From an uncultured Acidobacteriaceae bacterium (lineage in GTDB: Bacteria; Acidobacteriota; Terriglobia; Terriglobales; Acidobacteriaceae), in assembly GCA_963735545.1 (NCBI GenBank), contig CAVTLU010000010.1:29062-93061 (forward strand): a DNA stretch of 64,000 bases, given 5' to 3'. Both the position numbers and the translations under genes were made by a program. Below, piece by piece: positions 1-8,186 of the stretch; the first letter of the stretch is position 1; each line of letters opens with the position of its first letter. The notes under the pieces were generated by a model. It was not told the origin of the DNA. It worked only from the letters and a program-made list of their open reading frames with translations, and ran no database searches.

Positions 1-479
1 GTGACCGAATTCGTGATATCGGTCGTTCCTCCACCCTGCACGGTGCCGATGGCCATAAACTGCTGAGTCTGGCCGGAACGGATTGCCGGACTCGTCGGGC
101 TCACGGCGATCGAGATCAGGTTGGCGAGCGTAATGGTCACAGAGGTAGAACCGCTCACCGTGCCCGAGGCGGCGGTAATCGTCGCCGAACCCGTCGTCAC
201 ACCTGTCACATTTCCGGAGGCACTGACAGTGGCGATCGCCGTAGCTGAACTCGACCATAGAACACTGCTGGTCAGAGCTTTGGTACTGCCGTCGTCGTAG
301 GTTCCGGTGGCCGCCATTTGCAAAGAGCTGCCCTGCTGGATGGACGGGGTCGCCGGTCCCACGGTAAGCGTAGTCAATGTGGGATTGACGAAGAAACCCT
401 TGCAACCCACGCCAAAAGCGAAAAGCAGGAGGGTGGCAAATGCCGCCAGGAGTTGGAGTTTTCGTTTACTGCTTGGCAT
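1..479 (-). CDS. Lipoprotein with bacterial Ig-like (Big_2-type) repeats; C-terminus runs off the window
   Basis: Not in the ORF track because it has no stop inside the window. Reverse translation from the ATG (complement of 477-479) gives MPSSKRKLQLLAAFATLLLFAFGVGCKGFF. That is a signal peptide plus lipobox (GVGC). It is followed by two repeats of the type L/ITV.P..P.I..G...Q..A.G.Y.DG.T..LT..V.W.SS....ATVS..G.VTG...GSATITA. Confidence 0.7.
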   Translation of the reverse strand, partial: MPSSKRKLQLLAAFATLLLFAFGVGCKGFFVNPTLTTLTVGPATPSIQQGSSLQMAATGTYDDGSTKALTSSVLWSSSATAIATVSASGNVTGVTTGSATITAASGTVSGSTSVTITLANLISIAVSPTSPAIRSGQTQQFMAIGTVQGGGTTDITNSV

Positions 480-717
480 ATTCAAAGCTCCAGACAGTGG
501 CGCAGTTCGTCAGCAGCGCGGTGAAAGTGAAATTGTAGCAGACAGAAAGGCGGGCCGTCGGCACGTAAGGGCAGCCGGTGGTATCTCGGTTTGCTTCACG
601 AGTCTTTCTCTGCACTCTCTGCGGAGACTCTTAGACGATCGCTAAATTATTGAAATTTAGACACTACTGCGAGAGTGATAGGGAAGGCCTGTGCACGACT
701 GCGAACGAGACTGACCG

Positions 718-1152
718 CTAGTTTGTTTTCTTGGCGCGCGCGATGCGCTCGTCAATCGGCCGGCGCCCGGCGAAACCTTCATCGGTGCCGTGCCAGTGGG
801 ATATTCCGTTTTCTCCCAGTTTCCAGCACAGGAGTACGGTCCGGCCCTCGACCACACAGGGAAAGTCAAGCAAACCGACATCGATATCTTTGACCTGCAC
901 CCCGGTGGCATCGATTTCGGCTAGGGAATCCTTAATGCACTGCACCGCCTTCTCGCGCTCTGCCCTGCGGCGCGCAAGCTGGACAATGTTCAGGTGCGTG
1001 CCTCCATTCAGGGAAATGCGGTGCATGATTCCCTGAAACTCCTCATCCACGGTTTCGACCAGCTTCTTGCCGTCAATGGCGGCGCGCAGCAGGGATTCCA
1101 GGATGGGCAGCAAGCGTTCGGCTTCTTCGAGAGTAAAGCTTCGGTCGGACAT
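718..1152 (-). CDS. DUF2203 family protein
   Basis: ORF 718..1257 trimmed to the internal ATG at 1152 (MSDRSFTLEEAERLLP...). Contains the pattern ..GVQVKDIDVGLLDFP....GR.VLLCWKLGE..ISHWH....GFAGRRPI typical of DUF2203. Confidence 0.7.
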   Translation of the reverse strand: MSDRSFTLEEAERLLPILESLLRAAIDGKKLVETVDEEFQGIMHRISLNGGTHLNIVQLARRRAEREKAVQCIKDSLAEIDATGVQVKDIDVGLLDFPCVVEGRTVLLCWKLGENGISHWHGTDEGFAGRRPIDERIARAKKTN

Positions 1153-1381
1153 AAGGGGTATGTCTATTGTATTCCAAATCATGTGGAGAGGGCACCCTTG
1201 CCCGCGACCCTGCCTAGAGGCACGCTGATACGGTCTAATGTTCACTCGTCGAGGCATGTGGGAAAAGATCGAATATGTCCGGCAAGACCCGGTGCTGAGA
1301 GTCGGGTTGAACCGAAGCTCTCGGAGCAGGCACGCGGGCAGGAGTGCCCGCTCTACATTAAGTCTAGAAAGCCAAGAAGGG

Positions 1382-2494
1382 TTAGTGGATTTCCAGCATC
1401 CTATACAGCGCCACCCTTGCCCATTGCTTCACGTCGTCTTTCACTTTGATCTGGTTCACCACATTGCCTTCCACCAGATTCTCCAGCGCCCAGCACAAAT
1501 GCTGCGGAGAAATCCGGAACATGGTGGTGCACAGGCAGCCGGAATCGTCCAGGGTCATGACTTTCTTGCCTTCCGCTGCAAACTCTTTGCCCATGCGATT
1601 GACCAAGTGAATCTCTGTGCCCACGGCGAACACGGCGCCGGTCGGCGCGCTGCGGATCATCTTCAGCAGGCCCTCGGTCGAACCGATGCCGTCCGCCTTC
1701 TGGCAGACTTCCCAGCGGCACTCGGGATGAACGATCACGCGAATGCCGGGATACTTGGCGCGAACGTTGTCCACATGCTCGGGCAGGAAGCGTTGATGAA
1801 CCGAACAATGGCCCTTCCAGAGAATGACTTTCGCCGTGCGCAGACGGTCCGGCGTCACGCCGCCACCGATCATGAACGGATCCCAAACCACCATCTCATT
1901 CAGCGGGATGCCCATGGCATACGCGGTATTGCGGCCGAGATGCTGGTCGGGCAGAAACAGAACCTTCGGGCTTTTGGCAAAGCCCCACTTCATCGCGCCC
2001 GCGGCATTGGAAGAGGTGCAAACCACTCCGCCGCGCTGGCCGCAGAAAGCTTTGATGGCTGCGGTGGAATTCATGTAAGTGAGCGGAGTGATTCCCTGCC
2101 CTTCGTCGTCGGTCAATCCCAAAGCCACCAGCTGCTCCCAGCAATCCTCGACCTGGCCAATTTCAGCCATGTCGGCCATGGAGCAGCCGGCGTTGAGGTC
2201 GGGCAGGATGGTGGCTTGGCCGGCGTGGCTTAAGATGTCGGCGCTTTCGGCCATGAAGTGCACGCCGCAGAAAATAATGTAGCGGCTTTTTGCTTTCGCG
2301 GCCTCTTGCGCGAGTTTGTACGAGTCGCCGCGAAAGTCGGCGAAGCGGATCACTTCATCGCGCTGGTAGTGGTGTCCGAGGACTATGCATTCGCGGCCCA
2401 GTTCTCTGCGGGCGGCGGCGATTCGCTCGTCCATGGTGTGGTCGGGCAGGACGAGATAATTTTCCAAACTGCAAACTGCTGCTGCTGTAGCCAT
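1382..2494 (-). CDS. nadA: Quinolinate synthase NadA
   Basis: 370 aa with strong family resemblance (..ILGHHYQRDEV..FADF.GDS..LA..A......IIFCGVHFMAESA.. and HPEC...V). ATG at 2492-2494. Confidence 0.93.
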   Translation of the reverse strand: MATAAAVCSLENYLVLPDHTMDERIAAARRELGRECIVLGHHYQRDEVIRFADFRGDSYKLAQEAAKAKSRYIIFCGVHFMAESADILSHAGQATILPDLNAGCSMADMAEIGQVEDCWEQLVALGLTDDEGQGITPLTYMNSTAAIKAFCGQRGGVVCTSSNAAGAMKWGFAKSPKVLFLPDQHLGRNTAYAMGIPLNEMVVWDPFMIGGGVTPDRLRTAKVILWKGHCSVHQRFLPEHVDNVRAKYPGIRVIVHPECRWEVCQKADGIGSTEGLLKMIRSAPTGAVFAVGTEIHLVNRMGKEFAAEGKKVMTLDDSGCLCTTMFRISPQHLCWALENLVEGNVVNQIKVKDDVKQWARVALYRMLEIH

Positions 2495-2504
2495 CTTCGG
2501 TCAC

Positions 2505-2695
2505 GCTTTCAGCTCCAAGCACGGGCGAGCACGCTATGCGCGCACTCCGCTCGAACTGGAACGGGGATGTTGAAAGCCTCTCAGCGGCTCCAGCCGATTC
2601 ACTACGCGGCAGACGTAGCTAAGCCAGGCGTAGCAGAGCTACGTCTCTACGAAAGTCCGCGCCCAACCGGCGGGGATGTTGAAGCCACTTAATTG
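2505..2695 (-). promoter_or_regulatory. Tandem-domain NAD+-I riboswitch (nadA motif) in the nadA leader
   Basis: On the nadA strand the leader has two near-identical boxes: GGCUUCAACAUCCCCG (complement of 2671-2686) and GGCUUUCAACAUCCCCG (complement of 2562-2578). Each is followed by a short GC stem. The nadA motif is known as two similar tandem domains, with a CAACA/CCCC core, upstream of nadA in Acidobacteria. Boundaries are approximate. Confidence 0.65.
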
Positions 2696-2948
2696 CTCAC
2701 ACTAACAAATTGGATGCGCAAAACCAGCCGGGGATACGTTTTTGTTGGTGCGTTTGGCGGCAGTTCTTCGAATCCAGGCACTATTCTGCATAATCTGGGT
2801 CAGGTATGCAAGTTACCGCTCGAAGGTACCGGGCCGGGCTCTCCGTCCGAGCTGGGTCGAAATTTCATGCGCTACCATCTGCGGCATACGAGCATCCCAA
2901 ACGAAGCGCCATCTCGCCGAAATTACAACTCACGATGAGGAGGCTGAG

Positions 2949-3899
2949 ATGAAAGTATTTGTAGCAGGTGGCTCAGGAGTTCTGGGACGCGCCGCACTGC
3001 CGGCGTTAATTGCTGCCGGTCATCAGGTACGGGCGACCGCTCGCGGCGAGCAGAAAGCTGCCATTGTGCGCACCCTGGGAGCCGAGCCGGTTGATATCGA
3101 TTTGTTCGATGTGACCGCCGTGGGGCGTGCCATTGCCGGAGCCGACGCGGTTGTGCGCCTGACCACGAAATTTGGCTCGATGGCGCAGTTGCGCGATCCG
3201 CGTAGTTGGCAGGATACGGTGCGGCTGCGCAGCGAAGGCGCTCGCATTCTGGTGGACGCAGCTCTGGCTGAAGGCATTAGTGTCTACGTGCATGAATCGG
3301 TGAGTTACGTCTATGCCGACGGCGGAGAACGCTGGTTGTCTGAGGCGTCTCCCGTGGACGATGCCGCCACAACCATGCTGCGCGCGACCCTCGCGGGCGA
3401 GCAGGAAACCCAGCGGTTTTCACGTTCCGGAGGACGCGGCATCGTGCTGCGCTTTGGTGGATTTTATGGCGCGGACGCGCCTTCCACCTGCGAATCCATT
3501 GCGATGGCGCGAAAACGCATGTTCTTTCAGATCGGACCAGCCAAGAACTACTTCTCGTCTATTTATGTGCCGGACGCGGGACGTGCACTGGCGGCAGTTC
3601 TAACCGCGCCCGCGGGTATTTACAACGTAAACGATGACGAGCCGGTGACCTTCGCCGAGTACATCCGCCTGCTAAGCGACGCCGTCGGCGCCGCCAAACC
3701 GCGCCGCTTGCCGCGATTCTTTGGGCGATTGGCGTTCGGTGAGATCTGGAGATATTTTTCGCGGTCGCTGCGCGTCTCCAACTCCTGCCTGAAGCAGGTT
3801 TCAGGATGGAAACCCGAAGTGAAGAGTGTGCGCGAGGGTTGGCCGCTTGTGGTGAAACAAATCGCGCGAGGAGCGGAGGGCATGTCGTTAGTGGCGTGA
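2949..3899 (+). CDS. NAD(P)-dependent epimerase/dehydratase (extended SDR) family protein
   Basis: ORF 2742..3899 trimmed to ATG 2949, preceded by GAGGAGG. N-terminal Rossmann motif MKVFVAGGSGVLGRA. Confidence 0.8.
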   Translation: MKVFVAGGSGVLGRAALPALIAAGHQVRATARGEQKAAIVRTLGAEPVDIDLFDVTAVGRAIAGADAVVRLTTKFGSMAQLRDPRSWQDTVRLRSEGARILVDAALAEGISVYVHESVSYVYADGGERWLSEASPVDDAATTMLRATLAGEQETQRFSRSGGRGIVLRFGGFYGADAPSTCESIAMARKRMFFQIGPAKNYFSSIYVPDAGRALAAVLTAPAGIYNVNDDEPVTFAEYIRLLSDAVGAAKPRRLPRFFGRLAFGEIWRYFSRSLRVSNSCLKQVSGWKPEVKSVREGWPLVVKQIARGAEGMSLVA

Positions 3900-3965
3900 G
3901 AAGAGGTCGTAGATGGCTGACGCGATCTATGTGGGCATGGAGGGGCTACGTGAATCAGACAAACC

Positions 3966-4808
3966 CTAGCGTGTGTGCGATGGGTCGGGCGAAAACGCCG
4001 TCTCCACGTCGACGTGCAAATGCGCACCAGGGGGATAGCACTGATCATCGGGATTGTAGTTCGCCGGGCAATGTCTCGCAACCTCCGGCCGCTTGGGAGA
4101 CTGGGCAAACTGCCAGACCTCGGCGAAGGAAATTCCGCCATCGGCAGGACACGGTGGATGCTGAGGAAACGCGCAGCCAGGCGAAGGCGGGCAGGTGTCG
4201 TTGGTTACGAAGTAAGTGATATTCCGTCCTTCGGCGTTTTGGTGGATGTCGTCGGCGGTGACGATGCTGCTTCCGTCGTCCTCCTTGGCGGCAATGCCGG
4301 AGCAATAAATCCCGGCGCGGAAGCCAGCGGCAGCGACGCCATCCACCCAGGCGTAAATGTAAGCCTTCTGCTCGGGCAACATGCGTCCGCCTTGTTCTTG
4401 ATCGAGAAAGACGATGGCGCCCGCGGGAAACCCTTCGCGTCGTGCGGCAGCGACGGCCGCTTGCGCGTCTGACCTTCCGAGTTTTGCTGCCTTGGCGGCG
4501 CTCTTCAGCTCCGCGTAGAGTCTGCCGTTGAAGAGCACCAGGAATCCGAAGCCGGCTGACTCCAGCGCCGGACGCTTGCCGAGCCAGGTGTTGCGGCTCG
4601 CGCCGGGCGGATTGTTGAGCCAATATCCGGCGAAGGAAAATGTTTGCCGAAGCGTCTTCAGATTGGCGTCGCCGGGGTAGTCGTTGCGGTCGAAACCGAG
4701 GTAGGAGACCACGATTCCAACTGTCTGAAGACGCTCCCCGGTCGAGATTTCAAACAGGGCGACCAGTGCAAGCATCAGCGTTGCGACTCTCGCCATTCGA
4801 GTCTTCAC
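3966..4808 (-). CDS. Secreted DUF1906 (Rv2525c-like glycoside-hydrolase-like) domain protein
   Basis: 280 aa with a signal peptide (MARVATLMLALVALFEIS). The body resembles the DUF1906 family (GFD...YP.......L....F...GYWL; AGF.AGIYCS). The start is GTG 4808, overlapping the upstream stop as GTGA, or ATG 4796. Confidence 0.65.
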   Translation of the reverse strand: MKTRMARVATLMLALVALFEISTGERLQTVGIVVSYLGFDRNDYPGDANLKTLRQTFSFAGYWLNNPPGASRNTWLGKRPALESAGFGFLVLFNGRLYAELKSAAKAAKLGRSDAQAAVAAARREGFPAGAIVFLDQEQGGRMLPEQKAYIYAWVDGVAAAGFRAGIYCSGIAAKEDDGSSIVTADDIHQNAEGRNITYFVTNDTCPPSPGCAFPQHPPCPADGGISFAEVWQFAQSPKRPEVARHCPANYNPDDQCYPPGAHLHVDVETAFSPDPSHTR

Positions 4809-5581
4809 GCGAGGTGCTGGCGGACCAGAGTCAGGCCGTCTCCAAGATTCGCTTCCAGCGTCTTCTTTGGGCCTCGCGCGTTTGGGTGGGGTAAGAATAC
4901 AAACATGCGCGAAATCCCTCCCATGGGAACGGGACCGAACAGCCCGTGGCTGGTCTTATCGTCGTCACCGAGCCCCAAACAGCGGGTAATCGCTTTGCTA
5001 GCAGGATCACCGTACACCAAGATGACCTTCGCCGCTGCAACAGAAAGTATTCGTTTGAGGTAGCGCTGGGAACAGAATGCTTGCGCCTCCGCGACGCCGA
5101 TTTCGTTCCGCGACTTACAATGCACTACTTCCGTAAGGGCGAAGTCAACCCCTGGCCTGATCGCCGCTTTCTTCTTTTGCAATATTTCGGAGGCACGGCC
5201 GCGGGCTGAGGCCCAGAACCGAACCCATGCGCTCCTTGTACCATCACGGCGAAGCGCGTACTTGCCGTCCGTTACCCAGCCAGCGGGCGAGGTGAATCTA
5301 TTTTGGAAGAAGTCAGCCGTTCGGTCTAACTCCCAACTTTCGCCTGGATATTCCTCGAGTTCATCAATCGACGGATTCGAACTGATGAAGAGTATGGGCG
5401 CGATATTGATTTCCCCCGACCAGGGTTCGGGGATCTGGAATGCTGATCCCTTCTGACTCGCGACAATCGGAAAACAGGGATCCGAAGCTGTGGTTTCCCC
5501 ACAGCGCACGGCCTTGGCCCTTGGACACTGGGCAATCTCCACTAAGAGCCGACGGAAATCCTCCATGAAGCACACCTCCAC
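4805..5581 (-). CDS. Uracil-DNA-glycosylase-superfamily-like protein (divergent, uncharacterised)
   Basis: 258 aa. It has three UDG-like motifs in the expected order. First, PEPWSGEI..APILFISSNPS (motif A position, N retained as in MUG/SMUG GxNPG). Second, ALTEVVHCKS (like TN.VKC of families 4 and 5). Third, FVFLPHPNARG (HPS-type motif B). An alternative start is ATG 5566. Confidence 0.5.
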   Translation of the reverse strand: MEVCFMEDFRRLLVEIAQCPRAKAVRCGETTASDPCFPIVASQKGSAFQIPEPWSGEINIAPILFISSNPSIDELEEYPGESWELDRTADFFQNRFTSPAGWVTDGKYALRRDGTRSAWVRFWASARGRASEILQKKKAAIRPGVDFALTEVVHCKSRNEIGVAEAQAFCSQRYLKRILSVAAAKVILVYGDPASKAITRCLGLGDDDKTSHGLFGPVPMGGISRMFVFLPHPNARGPKKTLEANLGDGLTLVRQHLA

Positions 5582-5610
5582 CGAAACTAGCTTCGGACTG
5601 TCGTTCGACT

Positions 5611-6600
5611 CTACCCTCCAATATGCACCATGGTTCGCGAGGCCGGCACGAAATCCGGTTCGCCGATGTGGTGGCGTTCTTCCTTTTTCTGAACCACACC
5701 CCGGATGAATTCGGCCAAGTCTTCATCCGTTGCCCCGCGCCGCATGAGGCGATGCAGATCGTGGTCCCAAACCGAAAACAGGCAGGTGCGAATCTTGCCG
5801 TCGGAAGTGATGCGAATGCGGCTGCAGTGTCCGCAGAAAGGATGCGAAACCGGCGCGATGATGCCAATTTCGCCGATGCCGTCTTCGAAGCGGTAGCGGC
5901 GGGCGGTTTCGCTCCGGGCGTGAGGGATTTCGACCAGCGGACGGTACTCGGCCATGCGGCTGAGAATCTCGTCGAGCGTGACCACAGTGTCGGGCGCCCA
6001 GGTGCGGCCTTCTTCCAGCGGCATGAACTCGATAAAGCGGACCACCACGCCTTCCTCGCGCGCGAACATGCCGAAGGGAATGATCTGATCTTCATTGAAG
6101 CCGCGCATTAGGACGCAGTTCACTTTCACAGGCCAGAGTCCAGTTCGCCGGGCAGCGCGAATGCCCGCAAGAACATTGTCAAATCCGTTGGGCACGCGCG
6201 TGATGCGGGCAAAACGATCGGGATCGACTGCATCCATACTGACGGTGACCCGGTTGAGCCCGGCGTCTTTCAGCGACCGCGCCATATTGGCAAGAAGATC
6301 GCCGTTGGTGGTCATCGCGAGGTCGAGCGGCTCGCCGTCCACATCGCGAAGTTGCGCCAGGTTGCGAATAAACTCGACCACGCCCTTGCGCAGCAGTGGC
6401 TCGCCGCCCGTGATGCGAACTTTCTTAATCCCCAAGCTGGCCAGCACTCGTGTCATTCGGAAGTAGTCGGCAAAAGGCAGATCGCCATACAGCGCACCTT
6501 CATTGCCCGTGCGGCAGTAGACACATTTGTAATTACACCGGTCGGTGATGGAGATCCGCAGATCGGTGATCGGGCGGCCGAATTTGTCGGTAAGAGGCAT
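5611..6600 (-). CDS. moaA: GTP 3',8-cyclase MoaA (radical SAM)
   Basis: Contains CNYKCVYC (the CxxxCxxC radical-SAM cluster motif), GGEPLLR, and a C-terminal CxxC...C cluster motif (PFCGHCSRIRITSDGKIRTCLF). Start taken at ATG 6600; an upstream in-frame start at 6621 is possible. Confidence 0.93.
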   Translation of the reverse strand: MPLTDKFGRPITDLRISITDRCNYKCVYCRTGNEGALYGDLPFADYFRMTRVLASLGIKKVRITGGEPLLRKGVVEFIRNLAQLRDVDGEPLDLAMTTNGDLLANMARSLKDAGLNRVTVSMDAVDPDRFARITRVPNGFDNVLAGIRAARRTGLWPVKVNCVLMRGFNEDQIIPFGMFAREEGVVVRFIEFMPLEEGRTWAPDTVVTLDEILSRMAEYRPLVEIPHARSETARRYRFEDGIGEIGIIAPVSHPFCGHCSRIRITSDGKIRTCLFSVWDHDLHRLMRRGATDEDLAEFIRGVVQKKEERHHIGEPDFVPASRTMVHIGG

Positions 6601-6602
6601 GT

Positions 6603-6696
6603 AGCATTCAGCAGTCAGCACTCAGCCATTGCGCCTGTTTGCCAGACCCGCACACAGCCGTTATGGCTGAATGCCGAGTGCTGACTGCTGAGTGCT
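6603..6696. repeat. Long imperfect inverted repeat (about 27-nt arms) between the Moco-like leader and the moaA start codon
   Basis: AGCATTCAGCAGTCAGCACTCAGCCAT (6603-6629) pairs with ATGGCTGAatgccGAGTGCTGACTGCTGAGTGCT (6663-6696). It belongs to the AGTGCTGA/TCAGCACT-rich repeat class also seen at 9903-9925, 11086-11114 and 11921-12018. Confidence 0.7.
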
Positions 6697-6699
6697 TCT

Positions 6700-6835
6700 G
6701 GAAAGAGTGACGACAGGCGGAGGGCGACCCAACTCCGGCAGGCGTTCCCTTTCCAAATACGGGAGGCGCCGGCGTTTCCCCCAGCACCCTCGGAAGAGTG
6801 TGGCGCGGGCAATCTTGCCCGTGTGCTCTCTTCCT
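6700..6835 (-). promoter_or_regulatory. Candidate molybdenum-cofactor (Moco) riboswitch in the moaA leader
   Basis: The minus-strand leader reads ..CUCUUCCGAGGGUGCUGGGGGAAACGCCGGCGCCUCCCGUAUUUGGAAAGGGAACGCC.. The block GCCUCCCGUAUUUGGAAAGG (complement of 6748-6767) closely matches my recollection of the conserved core of the E. coli moaA Moco RNA motif (GCCUCCCGUAUCUGGAAAGG). Its position upstream of moaA is the canonical context. Boundaries are approximate. Confidence 0.6.
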
Positions 6836-7023
6836 CGCCGCCGCGGCCAAGGTATACCCGAAGGCTACGGCGGTCGGAAACTCCTCTCATTATAGCGGGG
6901 CAACAGTCAGGGATGTTAAGTTTAGGATGGCTAAACCAAGAAAATGCTTTTCCCCAGATCATGCTCCGCCGTCGGCGTTTCAATCTTTCCTGGCAGATGA
7001 AATTCTCACCAAGGAGAAATATT

Positions 7024-8076
7024 GTGCTTAAGCTTTCGATCTTCGGATTCATGTTCGTCTTGCTGGCTTCCACCTTTCTGTTGGCCGATCAGATAGTCCT
7101 GAAGAACGGCGACCGGCTCAGCGGAACCATCGTCAAATCCGACGCCAAGAGCCTGGTCATCAAGAGCGAATTTGCCGGGGAAGTTACGGTGCAGTGGCCG
7201 GCAGTTACCGAAATCCATGCTACGCAAGCGTTACATCTTGCTCTGAAGGACGGACAGATCGTGGTTGGACCGGTGACAACGTCCGACGGAAAACTCGAGG
7301 TTGCGACCGCTGCCAAGGGCGAAGTAACCGTACCGATGGAAGCCGTCACCCTGATGCGCAGCGACGCCGAAGAGGCCGCCTATGAAAAGTCGCTGCACCC
7401 GGGAGTGCTGCACGGCTGGGCGGGAGGCGCCGACGTGAGTTTTGCTGTGACCCGTGGCAACAGCGAAACCAAAAATCTGGCGCTTGCGTTTACCGCCGAT
7501 CGCAAAACCGCGCAAGATCATGTGGGCATATATGCCAACTCAGTCTTCGCCAGCAACGATGCTCCCGGCGCTGCACCCTCCACCACGGCACAGGCCACGC
7601 AAGGTGGAGCGCGTTACGACCGCAACTTTGCTCCGCGACTGTTCGGCTTTGGGTCCGCCGACTTTCAAACCGACGCGCTGCAAAGCCTGGACTTGCGCTC
7701 CGTGCTCTCCGGCGGTTTGGGTTTCCACGCGATCAATACCAAACAGACGACGCTGAACTTTCTCGGCGGCGGCAACTATACGCGGGAACATTACTCTGCC
7801 CTGCAGCGCAACGAAGCTGGTATCACTTTAGGGGAAGAGTTTCTGAAAAAGGTCGGCACGGCAACAGCTCTGACCGAGAAGTTGTACGCTTATCCCGACC
7901 TCAGCGACCCCGGGCAATATCGCGCGACCTTCAATTTCGGGACTGTCACCAAGCTCAATAAGTGGCTGGGCTGGCAGAATGCGTTTGGCGACACTTATGT
8001 GACCAATCCGCCGTTCGGCAAAAGGCAGAATGACATTTTGCTGACCACGGGGTTGAATATTTCGTTCACACACTGA
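7024..8076 (+). CDS. DUF481 family outer-membrane beta-barrel protein (YdiY-like)
   Basis: ORF 6823..8076 trimmed to GTG 7024, which lies 8 nt after AAGGAG. Signal peptide VLKLSIFGFMFVLLASTFLLA. N-terminal D.I.LKNGD.L.G.I motif, and a beta-barrel-like C-terminus ending ..TTGLNISFTH. Confidence 0.75.
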   Translation: MLKLSIFGFMFVLLASTFLLADQIVLKNGDRLSGTIVKSDAKSLVIKSEFAGEVTVQWPAVTEIHATQALHLALKDGQIVVGPVTTSDGKLEVATAAKGEVTVPMEAVTLMRSDAEEAAYEKSLHPGVLHGWAGGADVSFAVTRGNSETKNLALAFTADRKTAQDHVGIYANSVFASNDAPGAAPSTTAQATQGGARYDRNFAPRLFGFGSADFQTDALQSLDLRSVLSGGLGFHAINTKQTTLNFLGGGNYTREHYSALQRNEAGITLGEEFLKKVGTATALTEKLYAYPDLSDPGQYRATFNFGTVTKLNKWLGWQNAFGDTYVTNPPFGKRQNDILLTTGLNISFTH

Positions 8077-8186
8077 GGGTATCGAGTGTTTCTTCTGCTC
8101 GTAGTGACCCACAGTTGTCGATTCGTGGAAATCGTCTGAATTCGTGGCAAGGACTTTCGCGGGCGGGGCGCCCTCGCCACACAGGC

